Assembly: GCF_006345805.1 (NCBI RefSeq)
Contig: NC_043007.1
Span: 27,900,001 to 27,964,000, forward strand
Reading direction: 5' to 3'
DNA from: Octopus sinensis
Taxonomy: Eukaryota
Length of the DNA stretch: 64,000 bases
The notes beneath the pieces are model-generated. The model had not been told where the DNA came from, ran no database searches, and saw nothing but the letters and a program-made list of their open reading frames with translations. Shown piece after piece: positions 13,685 to 25,793 of the stretch. A program made the translations under genes and the position numbers. Every line of letters begins with the position of its first letter. The stretch's first letter is position 1.

Positions 13685-13962
13685 ATATTTAACATTGTCC
13701 CGAGGGAGATCAAAGAGGAAAAGGATCCCATCAACTTTAAACGGAGTCTGGATAGATTCCTTCAAAGCATACCAGATAAGCCACCCATAATTGGATACAA
13801 CTCACCCAACAAGAACTCACTACTTGAACAAAACTTGATACAACTCATTACTTGAACAAAACTTGACTTAAACAGGATTCGAATAATCCTATCAGGTGGT
13901 GCTATTAAGTTAGACATGGCCTGGACCAATCTTTGGTCGAAACATATCTAAGTTATCTGAGT
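13685..13962 (+). mobile_element. CR1-like LINE 3' end (RT C-terminus + 3' UTR)
   Basis: Reads IFNIVPREIKEEKDPINFKRSLDRFLQSIPDKPPIIGYNSPNKNSLLEQ; second copy antisense at 31268-31485. Confidence 0.7.
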
Positions 13963-13974
13963 TATAATAGATAT

Positions 13975-14169
13975 GATAAATATGAATGGATGTTGTTTTC
14001 ACAGCGATAATGCTCTTCTCAGTACATGAGTCGTTTCAGTTAACACGACTTTTTGAACTTCCTGTAGGGATGGTAAGCCTGGTATCATTTTCAAATAGGT
14101 TTCAGTACCTTTTTTTATCATTCCTAGACATCCTACAATCACTGGTACAGTAGTCGCCTTGAGATGCCA
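13975..14169 (-). mobile_element. R4/Dong-like LINE 3' fragment
   Basis: Antisense match to 9316-9500 and 63252-63380 (WHLKATTVPVIVG...IPGLPSLQEVQKVVL). Confidence 0.8.
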
Positions 14170-14196
14170 GATGTGTATATATATATATATATGCGC

Positions 14197-14508
14197 TGAG
14201 ACCCCCTTCGGTCACGACACTGACCATGGGATTGCACCTAGAAAGTTACCCTCCCAGGCACAAGTCCGGGCAATGATGCTTATGGCAGACCAGCAGTCGC
14301 CCATACATACCGGCCTCCCCTCTCCACGCCATCGATGTCATTCAAGGGAAAGGCAAAGGGGCAACTTATTTCTAAAGCTGAGTGAACTGGAGCAACGTGA
14401 AATGAAGTGTCTTGCTCAAAAACACAGCACACAGCCCGGTCCGGGATTCGCACTCACAAACTCACGATCGTAAGCCCGACGCTCTAACCACTGAGCCATG
14501 CACCTTCA
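14197..14508 (-). mobile_element. SINE family D with tail type v
   Basis: Family D head and core; tail ...ctaggtgcaatcccatggtcagtgtcgtgaccgaagggggtctc shared with 26545-26803. Confidence 0.88.
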
Positions 14509-14518
14509 CAAACACACA

Positions 14519-14597
<79 letters not shown>

Positions 14598-14637
14598 TTA
14601 ATCCAAACATGAACATATATATATATATATAAACATA

Positions 14638-15830
14638 CAGGGTGGCCCAAAAGAGGTTTACAGTTATTCAACTACCTCTTTTGCATTCATATATTAACAG
14701 TTTAGACCTTAATCATAAAAAAATATGAAACCATTATTCTATGCTAATTTAGTTAATTTTGTCACTTTTCTGTTTGTATTTGTTTTCCTTTTTCTTGTAC
14801 AGGTACTGTAAAGTGTGAAACATGGCAAACAATTTAAATGAAGAGCAAGGAAAATGGATACCAAAGCAGTATTAGGAGTCTAAAAATGCCGACCAGATGC
14901 GAACAGCATGGCAAATAACCTTTACACACTCCTCCAACAGCACACCAAACAATTCATCGGATAAGAAATAAATTTGATACGACAGGTTCAGTGAGCAATG
15001 TACCAAAATCTGGATGCTCTGAGAACTTCTGTGACTGAAAAAAATTAGATGTTAGTGGCTATGACATTTGTGAACAGTCCAAAGAAGTCCACACGACTGT
15101 TTCTCTACAACTATCGATTCCAAGCATAGCATTTCAAAACCTTTCGTCCACGACTGGTACATGGTAATTTGGAGGGCGACCCAGAGCACCGGCTGCAATT
15201 CTGCGAAATGACGCGTGACCAAATTGCATATGATCTTATCCAGATCTGGTCAGATGAGGCTTGCTTTAAATTACCCGGTGATGTAAACAGGTATAACTGC
15301 GTGTACTGCGCTGATGAAAATCCTCTTTTGACCATAGGATCTCAAGTAAACCAGCCTGGTGATACAGTTTGGAGTTCTCAGTCGAAGGTGTTCGGACCCG
15401 TTTTCTTTGATAGAACTGTAAATGCTTCGTGACGTGCTAGTACCACAACTCAGAACCAAAGCTGATTTTAATGATCTGTTCTGTCAGCAAGATAGAGGAA
15501 CTCCACATTATGCCTTCACAGTAAGAGACTACTTTAACCAAGCCTTTCCACAGCTTTGGTTTGGAAGATGGAGTATCATCCAATGTCCACCAAGTTCACC
15601 TGACCTGACAACAATGGATTTATTTTTGCGGGGCATTGCAAAGAACAAGGTTTATGAGAAGAATCCCCCCAAAAGTAAATGAATTAAGAGTACATTTCTG
15701 ACGCATTCACTAAAATTGATGGAGATTTGAATTTTTGTTGCACTGTGTGTCAGATTGTTCTCAAGAGGTTTGAAAAATGTTGCAATGTTGAAGGAGGATA
15801 TTTTGAGCATCTGAGAGATAAAACATTGCC
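14638..15830 (+). mobile_element. Decayed Tc1/mariner transposon, DD41D (rosa/Visitor-type) transposase
   Basis: TA followed by CAGGGTGGCCCA TIR-like start; WSDEACF, QQD and SPDLTTMD motifs with 41 residues between the 2nd and 3rd D; frameshifts and stops; right TIR not found. Confidence 0.85.
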
Positions 15831-16014
15831 TGTTTAAGATGTGCATAAGCAACATGATTGTAAGATAGAAATTTAAATGTAATAAAATGTTTTAAAAGAA
15901 ATTTAAAGCAAGCGGCAGGTTGCAAAGTTTCACCATAAAGCAGAATTATGATTGTCACTAAATGTAACCAGGGTGTTAAAAGCACCTACATTGCTAGAAA
16001 TAAGAGCTAAAAGG

Positions 16015-16084
<70 letters not shown>

Positions 16085-16092
<8 letters not shown>

Positions 16093-16462
16093 TCCACCTT
16101 CGCTAAGGTGGAGGTATTGTTTCAAGACGTGTTTGTTTCTTTGCTTTTCCGCGGACAAGATATCTCAATAACCGTTGGATAGATTCCGATGAAACTTTCA
16201 GGGATGTTTGGCCTCGTGACTGACACGAACTGATTAGATTTCGAGATCGATCCGTTACCGGACAAGGTTCTAGATTATTTTCCTGTTTCTTTTTTACTTA
16301 AGCTTTGAGAACGGTCGGGTTCATATTTAGTATTCTCGTTTGTGAGAGCAGCTGAGTTTAATTCACATATTTTTTATTTAAAAATCCTCTGTGGCTAATC
16401 ATTGAGAGGATGTTGGTGTTGCTTTGGCGGAGGTTGGCACTCTCTGAGTACTCTTGACTTTT
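16085..16462 (+). mobile_element. Helentron-associated non-autonomous element (HINE/DINE-1-like)
   Basis: 5' perfect 12-bp hairpin tacctccacctt-cgct-aaggtggaggta, short tgtt microsatellite, 3' subterminal IR ggcggaggt plus stem-loop gcactc-tct-gagtac, T-rich flanks. Confidence 0.7.
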
Positions 16463-17029
16463 TTGTGATTGGTATTGCAGTTGCATTTAAGGCAGCGAGC
16501 TGACAGATTCGACACCGCGCCGGATAAAATGCTTTGCAGTAATCAAACCGTCTTTACGGTTTGATTTGAAAGTCCACCGATTTTTTTCCCTTAATTTTTG
16601 TGGGGTCGATTAGATAAGTACCAGTTGAGAACTAGGGTTCATTGAACCAACTCCCTTCAAATTGCTGGAAGGTGTGCGAAAATCCGAAACCATTATTATT
16701 ATTAGCGTCATAATCCTCACCTCCATCATCATCATCATAAACAACGTTGTGATTGTCATAAAGCGTTCAGTCGTTGTCGCTATAATCTTCATTATCTCAT
16801 GAGGAATTCTTTAAAATGCTTTTAATTACAATTAATTTATGTTCATATTTTATGCTTTTATCATTCTTCTCACATTTTCCATATTTTCTAAATATTCATG
16901 CCATGTAATCACTCTGCCTCATCCAATCTTTTTCCCGACTCTCTCCATCTCTCTCTCTCTCTCTCTCCCTCTCAGCACACACAAAAGCACACACCCACGT
17001 GCATGTGTAAGTATGCATGTGTGTATGAA

Positions 17030-17410
17030 TGTATGTATGTATGTATATATATACATATATATATATATACACATACATATATACATACATATATACATAC
17101 ATATGGAATACATTTGCGTTTTCTTTCCGACCCAGGAAGATGCTTGCAGAGAAGAAAAATGAAGGGAGGGGAGGAGGAGGAGGAGGAGGAGGAAGAAGAA
17201 GAAAAGAAGAAAAGAAGAAGTAGAAGAAGAAGAAGAGAAGAGAAGAAGAAGAAGAAAAAGTAGAAGAAGAGAAGGAGAAGAAGAAGAAGAAGAGAAGAAA
17301 AGAAGAAGAAGAAGAAGAAGAAGAAGAAGAGAAGAAGAAGTAAGAGAAGAAGGAAGAAAGGAAGAAGAAGAAGAAGAAGAAGAAGAAGAAGAAGAAGAAG
17401 AGATAGAGGA
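17030..17410. repeat. (TA/TACA)n followed by (GGA)/(GAA)n polypurine tract
   Basis: Direct reading. Confidence 0.95.
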
Positions 17411-18289
17411 AAGAAAGACTAGGCGGAGCAGGAGGTGCGGGGAAGGAGAAATGGTTTTCCATTTAGCACTAATCTCTTGGAGGAATCACTAAATCTGCTG
17501 ACAACAAATTTTTTAATGGATTTATGGCAAATTAGATATTAATCTAAACGACTCTTTTATAGATGTTTTGTTGTTGTTGTAGTAGTATTAGTATTAGGTA
17601 GTTGCTTTTCTTGCCATTGTTCTTGTTGTTGTTTCGATTGTCGCTGCTGCGGCGTCTCTTCTAGAAACTCTCTTACTGCTTCAAGTCGTTTTCTTCATAG
17701 CACTGTCTTTGCTGCGGGCCTATGTTCTTCTTCTTCTACTTCTTGATTGCGGAGTTTTTATTTTCGTTTCGTTTTACTATCGTAGTTGTAGTTATGGATG
17801 TTTTTTTTTTCTCTTCTCTTGTTGATGCTGTATTTTATTTGACTTTACTCTCTTTATTCTTATATTATAAAATTTTTTTTTATTTCCCAAATATAGCAAA
17901 ATAGAGCCAGCTTCTTTAAAAGTTTCCGACAAACTAATCACCAGTTCGATTCTTCTCTGAAGGCAATGAAACGAATGGTTTAGTTAGATAAGTGGTGCCG
18001 TAAAAAATAAAACACCCAAAACCTTGTATGTGGGATTTAAAAAATATTTTATGCTTTATCGTTTATTTGCTTGAGTCATTAGACTGCGGTCATGATGGGG
18101 AAACGCCTTGATGAGTTTTTGAGAAACGAATCCATCTCAGTATATTTTTTTAAAGTTTGATAAATATTCTATCGCTCTCTTACGCCGAACCGTAGATTGT
18201 GGTGCTGGGGTCGAACACGAACACAAACACACGCCCGACTGCACAAAGTTACACAGACACAAATACATACACACATATGTGTAGGTAGA

Positions 18290-18643
18290 ATGGCCTAGAG
18301 GTTAGAGACCAGTGGTTAAGACTCACGGTCATAGGATCGCGGTTTCGATACACAGACCGGACGTAGTGAGTATTTATTGAGCGAAAACACCATGAGCATC
18401 CGGCAAGAGGTGGTGGCGAACCCTTGTGTATTTTTTCACCACAAATTTCTCTCCCATCTTTCTTCCTGTTTCTGTTGTACCTGCATTTCAAAGGGCCAAC
18501 CATGTCAGACTCTGTGCCACGCTGAATCTCCCCGAGAACTACGCTGAGGGTACACGTGTCTGTGGAGTGCTCAACGTCTTGCACGTTAATTTCACGTTAA
18601 TCGGATCTACTGGAACCCGCGTCGTCGTAGCCGACGGAGTGCC
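18290..18643 (+). mobile_element. SINE family C with tail type ii, degraded
   Basis: Aligns to 10851-11232. Confidence 0.88.
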
Positions 18644-18671
18644 ATATATATATGCATATATATATATATAT

Positions 18672-18745
<74 letters not shown>

Positions 18746-18769
18746 ATATATATATATATATATTATATA

Positions 18770-18805
<36 letters not shown>

Positions 18806-19946
18806 TGTATGTATGTATGTATGTATGTATGTATGCGCGCGCGTGTGTGTGTATAAAATGAAGCCATGCTTTATTGATAATTTAATAATTATTATTTGCT
18901 CGATGTGTTACCCATCAAATAACCTTCCGCCTAACCAACTGCATTCACAACCATTTTGCCACGTGACACCATGGCTAAAATGTAATTCCTTTATACGCCT
19001 TTTGGTAGGATTAAAATCGTGTTCAATATGGTTGTTGGGACAACACTTTGAAAAATTTACTCCACCGCACCTACGCTTGTATCGACTCTTTCGCATTAAC
19101 TAGTCTAATCTTGTGGCACCGAGTTACTGTGATTATGCCTCACACTTGCGTTAAGATGATTCGAGACAACTTAATATGCAACTAATTATATAATTTCTTT
19201 ATTCAGTAGATAAAGGAACTGAAATCTCATCCTGGAAACTAAGGAAGATCCACTTGCATTACATATACTCATCCACATGATAAACAAAAGTTCGCTCAAT
19301 GATTCACCTTAATATCTTGCATGCTGTCAGATTCTGGCATTATGGTGTTTTGTCCTACAAAACAATAGATTTTGATCTATCCCGAGAAGACGTGTTGCCT
19401 AAAGGTCAGTCTATCGAACTGCTGATCAGCAGATCGTATCATCGTTTGCCCGACCGGACAGTGTGTTACGTCCTTGAGCAAAACACTTCATTTCACATTG
19501 CTCCAGTAGACTCAGTCTAGTTGTTTAATTCTGCGACGAAGTAGCATCCTATTCAGTTAGACCACTGTGATCTCTCTGTCACCTACACGCCATAGAAACG
19601 ACACATGAGAGTAGTTCTCAGGAGAATTATTTTATTTATATAACCTAATTAGCAGTGGATATGAAATATTCCCAATCTGCTAATCCAAGAAAGTGTCCAA
19701 AATGTAATATAAGTTGTTGCTCTTCCTTGGACAGAATATTGACGGAATATTGATATCTTCTAATGTTGCGACGATGTAAAAGAATTTTAGAGATCCTGTA
19801 AATTTTTACAATGACGTCAGCGAATCATTCATAATTTATGCAAAGTAAAAATTACCGATGATTCACTGATTATCATCAATCATTATGTACAACTGAGTTG
19901 GTATTATTGGTTTGGAAGCAATATCAGATCTTATCATTGTTGTCAG

Positions 19947-20056
19947 GTTCACGTGGTCGGACAGGCTGTTGGTTGGCAAATGTCACCGCTACGTTTGGTG
20001 GTAGTTGTGTTGTTTGTCAAGTGATATCATTGCTATTAACGTTCCTAAAACCATAA
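19947..20056 (+). other. Candidate terminal coding exon (G)SRGRTGCWLANVTATFGGSCVVCQVISLLLTFLKP*
   Basis: Acceptor-like tcattgttgtcag, open frame to TAA, hydrophobic C-terminus; no upstream exons identified. Confidence 0.15.
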
Positions 20057-20159
20057 AATGTTGAAGTTAATTACTTCTACTTAATGAACACCGCTTCTAG
20101 AATCTCATATTAAAATAGGCAGAGGCACACATTACCCTCGGCTCCATTACATATCCCAA

Positions 20160-20860
20160 CCGTGTGCATTTGGTAGCTTAAATGCTACCAAATGCACACG
20201 GAGAGGCTGCTGTCTCACAAAAGTTGTGGTCTGTAGAGCCACCTTCACACCATCCGATGACATTACAAGACGCTACACAAGAATGACAGACAAAAAATTC
20301 AAGGCAAGTTATGTGCAGGGTAAGCACCCTTTTACGTGCAGAGCGAGGGAAAACTCCACCTATCTCTCCAGCCCCGTTTTATCCAGAGACTTCGTGACCA
20401 TAGGAATGATTTCGCCAACATCAAATGGCGTATCATTGACAACGCCCCTCTATATTCAAACGGAGCATACAATTGCCAACTATGTCTCTCAGTGAACTAT
20501 CATATAGTTGCTACCTGAGATATGCCTGGCATCAAACAATCCAGATATACCACCTTAGGCTTGCCTGCTCCATACATAAGAGGACGGCACGTTTAATATA
20601 CAGCCCCACCATGCTGACTCTCTAAGAACTATAAAATTTTAAATCCATCATCACGAAATTTGCTTGCTCCCACGCAAATCTGTCCTCCACCAACACACAA
20701 CAATAATTAGTTACATCTATAGTTATTACATGCAACGGACATATTTCGCTATGGTAAAGAATACCGCGTTCTCCGGATGTAGCGGCGACCTGAGAACAAC
20801 AAAAAAATGAAACATCTGATGTCGCTTTTAGATAAATACCAGCATCTGAATTGAGTTAAC
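20160..20860 (+). mobile_element. 5'-truncated Penelope-like element: GIY-YIG endonuclease fragment + 3' region
   Basis: KCTRRGCCLTKVVVCRATF...FKASY...ENSTYLS / IKWRIIDNAPLYSNGAYNCQLCLS matches the PLE EN C-terminus and the 42778-43071 copy; 3' boundary uncertain. Confidence 0.75.
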
Positions 20861-20875
20861 CAAAGGTGCGCTGAC

Positions 20876-20932
<57 letters not shown>

Positions 20933-20997
20933 CTATCTATCTATCTATCTGCATCTATCTATCTATCTATTATCTGTCACTCTGCCTCTGCTGCCTG

Positions 20998-21040
<43 letters not shown>
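20876..21040. repeat. (TCTA)n and (CT)n microsatellites
   Basis: Direct reading. Confidence 0.95.
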
Positions 21041-21043
<3 letters not shown>

Positions 21044-21056
21044 TTCATATGTTTCT

Positions 21057-21290
21057 CAGGGTGATTCAAAAGTCGCCATACATAGGAATAATTTATAATT
21101 TTATAAGAATGGGTTTATAAGAACAGTTTGTTTTTTTTTACTTAACATGTCCTATATGGTTACCATTGTTTTGCATACACATTGCACTGCGTTTACCCAA
21201 CTCATTGTGAACTTATAATAGCATATCTGGTGATACGTGTGCAAAGGAGTTGGTGATGCGTTCCTTCAAATGATTTAGAACTTTTACATT
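21057..21290 (-). mobile_element. Tc1/mariner-type terminal fragment (TIR + transposase C-terminus)
   Basis: cagggtgattcaaaagtcgccatacatagg TIR-like end; antisense reads LNHLKERITNSFAHVSPDMLL*VHNELGKRSAMCMQNNGNHIGHV. Confidence 0.7.
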
Positions 21291-21319
21291 CATATATACC
21301 ACACATAGATGTCTGCGCC

Positions 21320-21353
<34 letters not shown>

Positions 21354-21639
21354 TCCATCCAAACGTACATATATATATATATATATATACACACATATTT
21401 AGGCGCAGGCATGGAGGTGTGGTAAGAAGCTTGCTTCCCAACCACATGGTTTCAGGTTGAGACCCCTGCGTGGCAACTTCTACATAACTTCTAATAAATA
21501 CAAGACAAAATTACAATACAAGTATGAGTTACATGTAAATGCATATACATGTGTTTAGATAGATTCCTACATACACAGAGATAATCAGAAGATGACAGAG
21601 CGATAGACAAATAGATGGACGGATAAATAGATAGACAGA

Positions 21640-21656
21640 GAGAGAGAGAGAGAGAA

Positions 21657-21731
<75 letters not shown>

Positions 21732-21770
21732 CACGCACACACTAATAAGTAGAGAGAGAGAGAGAATTCT
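21640..21770. repeat. (GA)n/(GATA)n microsatellites
   Basis: Direct reading. Confidence 0.95.
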
Positions 21771-22336
21771 TAAACGCGCTCCAGACGTTTAACATGGAAG
21801 ACACAACCTAATCAATCTCTGCCTTGAACTAACAATTAAATCTCTTTCGACATACATTCTACCGACGGACATAATTTCGATACATTAGCGATATTAGTAG
21901 TACATAATTCTACGAAGACAGCATCATTATTGATGAAAGACATTTGACCATAGATCTGCTTGACCAAGAACCAAACATAATTAAGAAAAACGACAAACTC
22001 CATCTCTATGTCTATATCCATTTTCTTCCATTCGTTAGAATTCAGCTTCCATTTATAATTTTATTCATTGTCTTTTGCAGCAATTTTAAAATGATTTCCC
22101 ACCAACCATTCTCTCTCTCTCTCTCTCTCTCTCTCTTACTCCATTTAGCTTACTCTCTTTTACTTTCTTTTTCTCTTTCCATCTCTCTCTCGTATTTTCC
22201 CTACTTTTTTCTGTCACACTTCACTAGAGGTTCTGTGTGTTATGTAATTATTCCAAAATATTAATGTGTTTAATATAACGTCTTTAAACATCTCTTCTCT
22301 TGCGGTCTTACTTCATCTCTCTCTCCCTCTCTGTCG

Positions 22337-22370
<34 letters not shown>

Positions 22371-22469
22371 GTCTCTATCCCTCTGTCTCTCTTTCTCTCT
22401 CTCTCTGATCGTCGTTGTGTTGTGGGTGTTTAATTACACATAAATGCATGAACAGAGAAACACAAACAT

Positions 22470-22481
22470 ATGTATGCATAC

Positions 22482-22531
<50 letters not shown>

Positions 22532-22704
22532 ATATATATATATTATATATAAATTATATACAAATATGTACCTATATATATAATAAGATATATATATACA
22601 TATTATATATATATATATATGTCTATATATAATATATACAATATATATATATATAAATACATATATATATATAACTATATATATATATTATACACATACA
22701 TATA

Positions 22705-22761
<57 letters not shown>

Positions 22762-23058
22762 ATGTGTGTGTGTGTGTGTCCATATATATACATTTATAAA
22801 TGTGTGTGAGCGCGCGCGTACGTATGTGTATGTGCACACAATAGCAATAGTGTTTATATGTGTTAATGCAACTGTCTGTGTTTAACTCTTTTATTCTGTC
22901 TCCATCTTCCAAATATACTTTTTTCCATCGAGGAATATTAAAGAATTAAACATTTAGCTGTCAATATAAAAGACCTGCACAGACACACATACACAACACA
23001 TTGAAACACAAACACACAGACGTACACAAATGTGCGTGTGTATGTCTACATATATATA

Positions 23059-23091
<33 letters not shown>

Positions 23092-23185
23092 CATATATAT
23101 ACATATATATACATATATATATATACATATATATATATACATATATATATACATATATATATATACATATATATATATATGCATT

Positions 23186-23250
<65 letters not shown>
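22470..23250. repeat. Clustered (TA)n/(TACA)n/(TG)n microsatellites
   Basis: Direct reading; source of several I/Y-repeat ORFs. Confidence 0.9.
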
Positions 23251-23252
<2 letters not shown>

Positions 23253-23957
23253 ACTTACTCAATCTGTTATTACAGGTATTTCTTCATTCTTTTTTATCAC
23301 CAGAATATAATAGAAATAAATCCGAGCATTAATTGACTCTTTAAAATATAAATAAACGAATCAAATCTACTCGGGTATGAAAAAACCTAAAAATAGAAAA
23401 GTGAAACGTAAACAATTTTTAGTTTGAAGTGAAAATAATATAATATTTATGAATATAATTACGTTCAGAATGTGAGAATTAGACGATATATAATTAATAT
23501 TATACACGTGCACTGCAAAATCAAGGCTATTTTAATTCACAACCAATTTCATTTGCTTTATATCAATTTTCCTTATAATTATGAATTTTCAAATATTTCA
23601 ACTTTTTGTTGGTTGTTTGAATTCTAATATTTTTGGTATGAACTCACAACGCATCAAAATGTATAAATTAGAAAAAGAAAATATTGATATGTTAATTTAA
23701 TTTTTGTAGTTTTATGGAATGGTATCATTGAATTATTATAGGCGAAGTTCATTGACGAAATTTTTCGTTAAAAAAATACTCTGTTGCTTATGCAGTATAG
23801 ATTTTTAAATAAATTGTTTTGGGAAGATTATTTACCAACAGTGACAAAATTGAATCAAACACATATTCGACGCCATAGTTGATTTTATTTATGCTTTCTT
23901 CAAATGAAAATTTCGGTCCAGCGACAAGACATAATATACATACAGTATCTCTTGTCG

Positions 23958-24330
23958 CAGAGGTGACTATGTGGTTAGAAGCTAATTTCTCATCCACATG
24001 GTACCGGGTTCAGTCCACCTTCGTTGAATGTCATGGAACTGTAGTACAGGGCCGACCAAAGTATAGAGAGTGGATGTGGTTGATGGAAACAAACCCGTAG
24101 TATTTATATTGTGTGTGAGTTTTGCATTCGCTTTATATCCCCTGCCACCGTTTGAAAAATAGTGTTGGTTTGTTTGCAATGCAGTAACTTAGCAGTTCAG
24201 TAAATGCAACCAATGGAATATCTACCACGCTTTAAACATACTATTAATTATATCGATTCATTCTACAAAATATTCTGCAAGGCAGTCTATCTGCATGGCC
24301 GCAGTCTAATGACAAAAGAAATGTATGTAG
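23958..24330 (+). mobile_element. SINE family B, old degraded copy
   Basis: gtgactatgtggttagaagc...ggttcagtcc...gggccgaccaaag...gtaacttagcagttcag. Confidence 0.75.
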
Positions 24331-24558
24331 GAAAATGATAGAGATTCATACATTCATACACGCAATCAGAGGTACAGAAACACACACATGGATGTATATA
24401 TTTATATACATGTGTGTGTGTATGTATGTAAGTATATATACATTTATATATAGATATATATATATATATATGTAGGTCCCGGGGTTGATTCGGGGTTAAC
24501 CACAGTAAATAAGGTACTCAATACATAGCAGAGTAAAATTAATTTATTATATAGAAGG

Positions 24559-24609
24559 AGCTTCTACAGGACTAGAACTGTTTCATTCAAGAGAAATCTT
24601 CAGGAAGCT
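24559..24609 (-). ncRNA. Type I hammerhead ribozyme (left arm)
   Basis: Exact reverse complement of 25639-25689. Confidence 0.85.
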
Positions 24610-25638
24610 AGTTAACAAGAATTGTATTGGCATTTATACATTTAGGCAGGTTTAACGGGGTGTTGGTGGGGGACTTTTTTGGGGGTAGGCATAGCGCAAA
24701 ATATCATACTTTAGCACGTACTCTCATGAGTGAGAGTACGTGCTAAAGAGTGTGCGTGAGTGAATGAGTGCTTGTTTTCCAGTAGACAGATAAATGGACT
24801 GGCTGTAATAGCCAAGATATTTGTGACCAAGCGGCCAAAGATAACAAAAGTAATAAACGAAGATAATAAAATTAAAATTAGGGAATGGGTCTGTATTTGT
24901 ATGTGTAAATATATGTGTGTATGTGTAGGTTTGCATAGGTACACATATGTATATGTATACGTGTATGTATATGTATGTATGTGTGTGTATAGGTGTGTGT
25001 ATGTGTATATATGTGTATATAGGGACTAGTGTGCTGTGTGTGCATGTTGTGTGTGTGGATATGTGTGTGTATGCGTGTATATGGAGTATGTGTGTGTATG
25101 TGTATATATATTTTTCTGTGCGTATATGTATGTGAGGTCGTGTGTGTATATATACATGTGTGTATACGTGTATGCATGTGAGTGTGTGTATTATACATAT
25201 AGTGTATTGTAGATATATTATATGTATGTGTATGTGTAAGTGTATATATATGTATATATATGTGTGTGTATGTATGTGTGTATGTATATGTATATGTTTG
25301 TATGTGTGTGTATGTATGTATACACGTGTGCATAGGTATAAGTGAGAATCTCCTTATTTACCTAAAACTCTATTCCCCCTTTTTTTATATATAGGTTTGT
25401 TTGTTTTTTATTTTTTATATATGGTTTTTTTATTTTATTTTATTTATTTATTTTTTTCTTTTTTTTTCTTTTTTTTTTTTTTTTTTTTTATTTATTCTTC
25501 TATCTAATTTAACACTGACTCCTTGACCACTCCCCCAAGTATGATATTTTGCGCTATGCCTACCCCCAAAAAAGTCCCCCACCAACACCCCGTTAAACCT
25601 GCCTAAATGTATAAATGCCAATACAATTCTTGTTAACT

Positions 25639-25689
25639 AGCTTCCTGAAGATTTCTCTTGAATGAAACAGTTCTAGTCCTGTAGAAGCT
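25639..25689 (+). ncRNA. Type I hammerhead ribozyme (right arm)
   Basis: AGCUUC-CUGAAGA-U UUC ucuu GAA U-GAAA-CAG uucuaguc CUG-UA^GAAGCU: stem I 6 bp, stem III 4 bp, GUA site after 25683. Confidence 0.85.
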
Positions 25690-25741
25690 CCTTCTATATA
25701 TAAAAAGATATATATATATATATAATAATATATATAATATA

Positions 25742-25789
<48 letters not shown>

Positions 25790-25793
<4 letters not shown>

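Larger units (their letters stand above)
24472..25700. mobile_element. Penelope-like terminal-repeat (pLTR) insertion with a 164-bp inverted repeat (24548-24711 / 25537-25700)
   Basis: Arms read as identical reverse complements, each carrying a hammerhead; both outer ends abut (TA)n. Confidence 0.8.

Noticed and set aside
13908-13950. UUAGA..GACC/GGUC-GAAAC..UCUAA fold at the CR1-like 3' end
   Set aside because: Lacks CUGANGA; better explained as a LINE 3' stem-loop
24656-24690. G-run cluster (possible G-quadruplex) in the inverted repeat arm
   Set aside because: Irregular runs and long loops, antisense to the ribozyme strand, and no evidence of function
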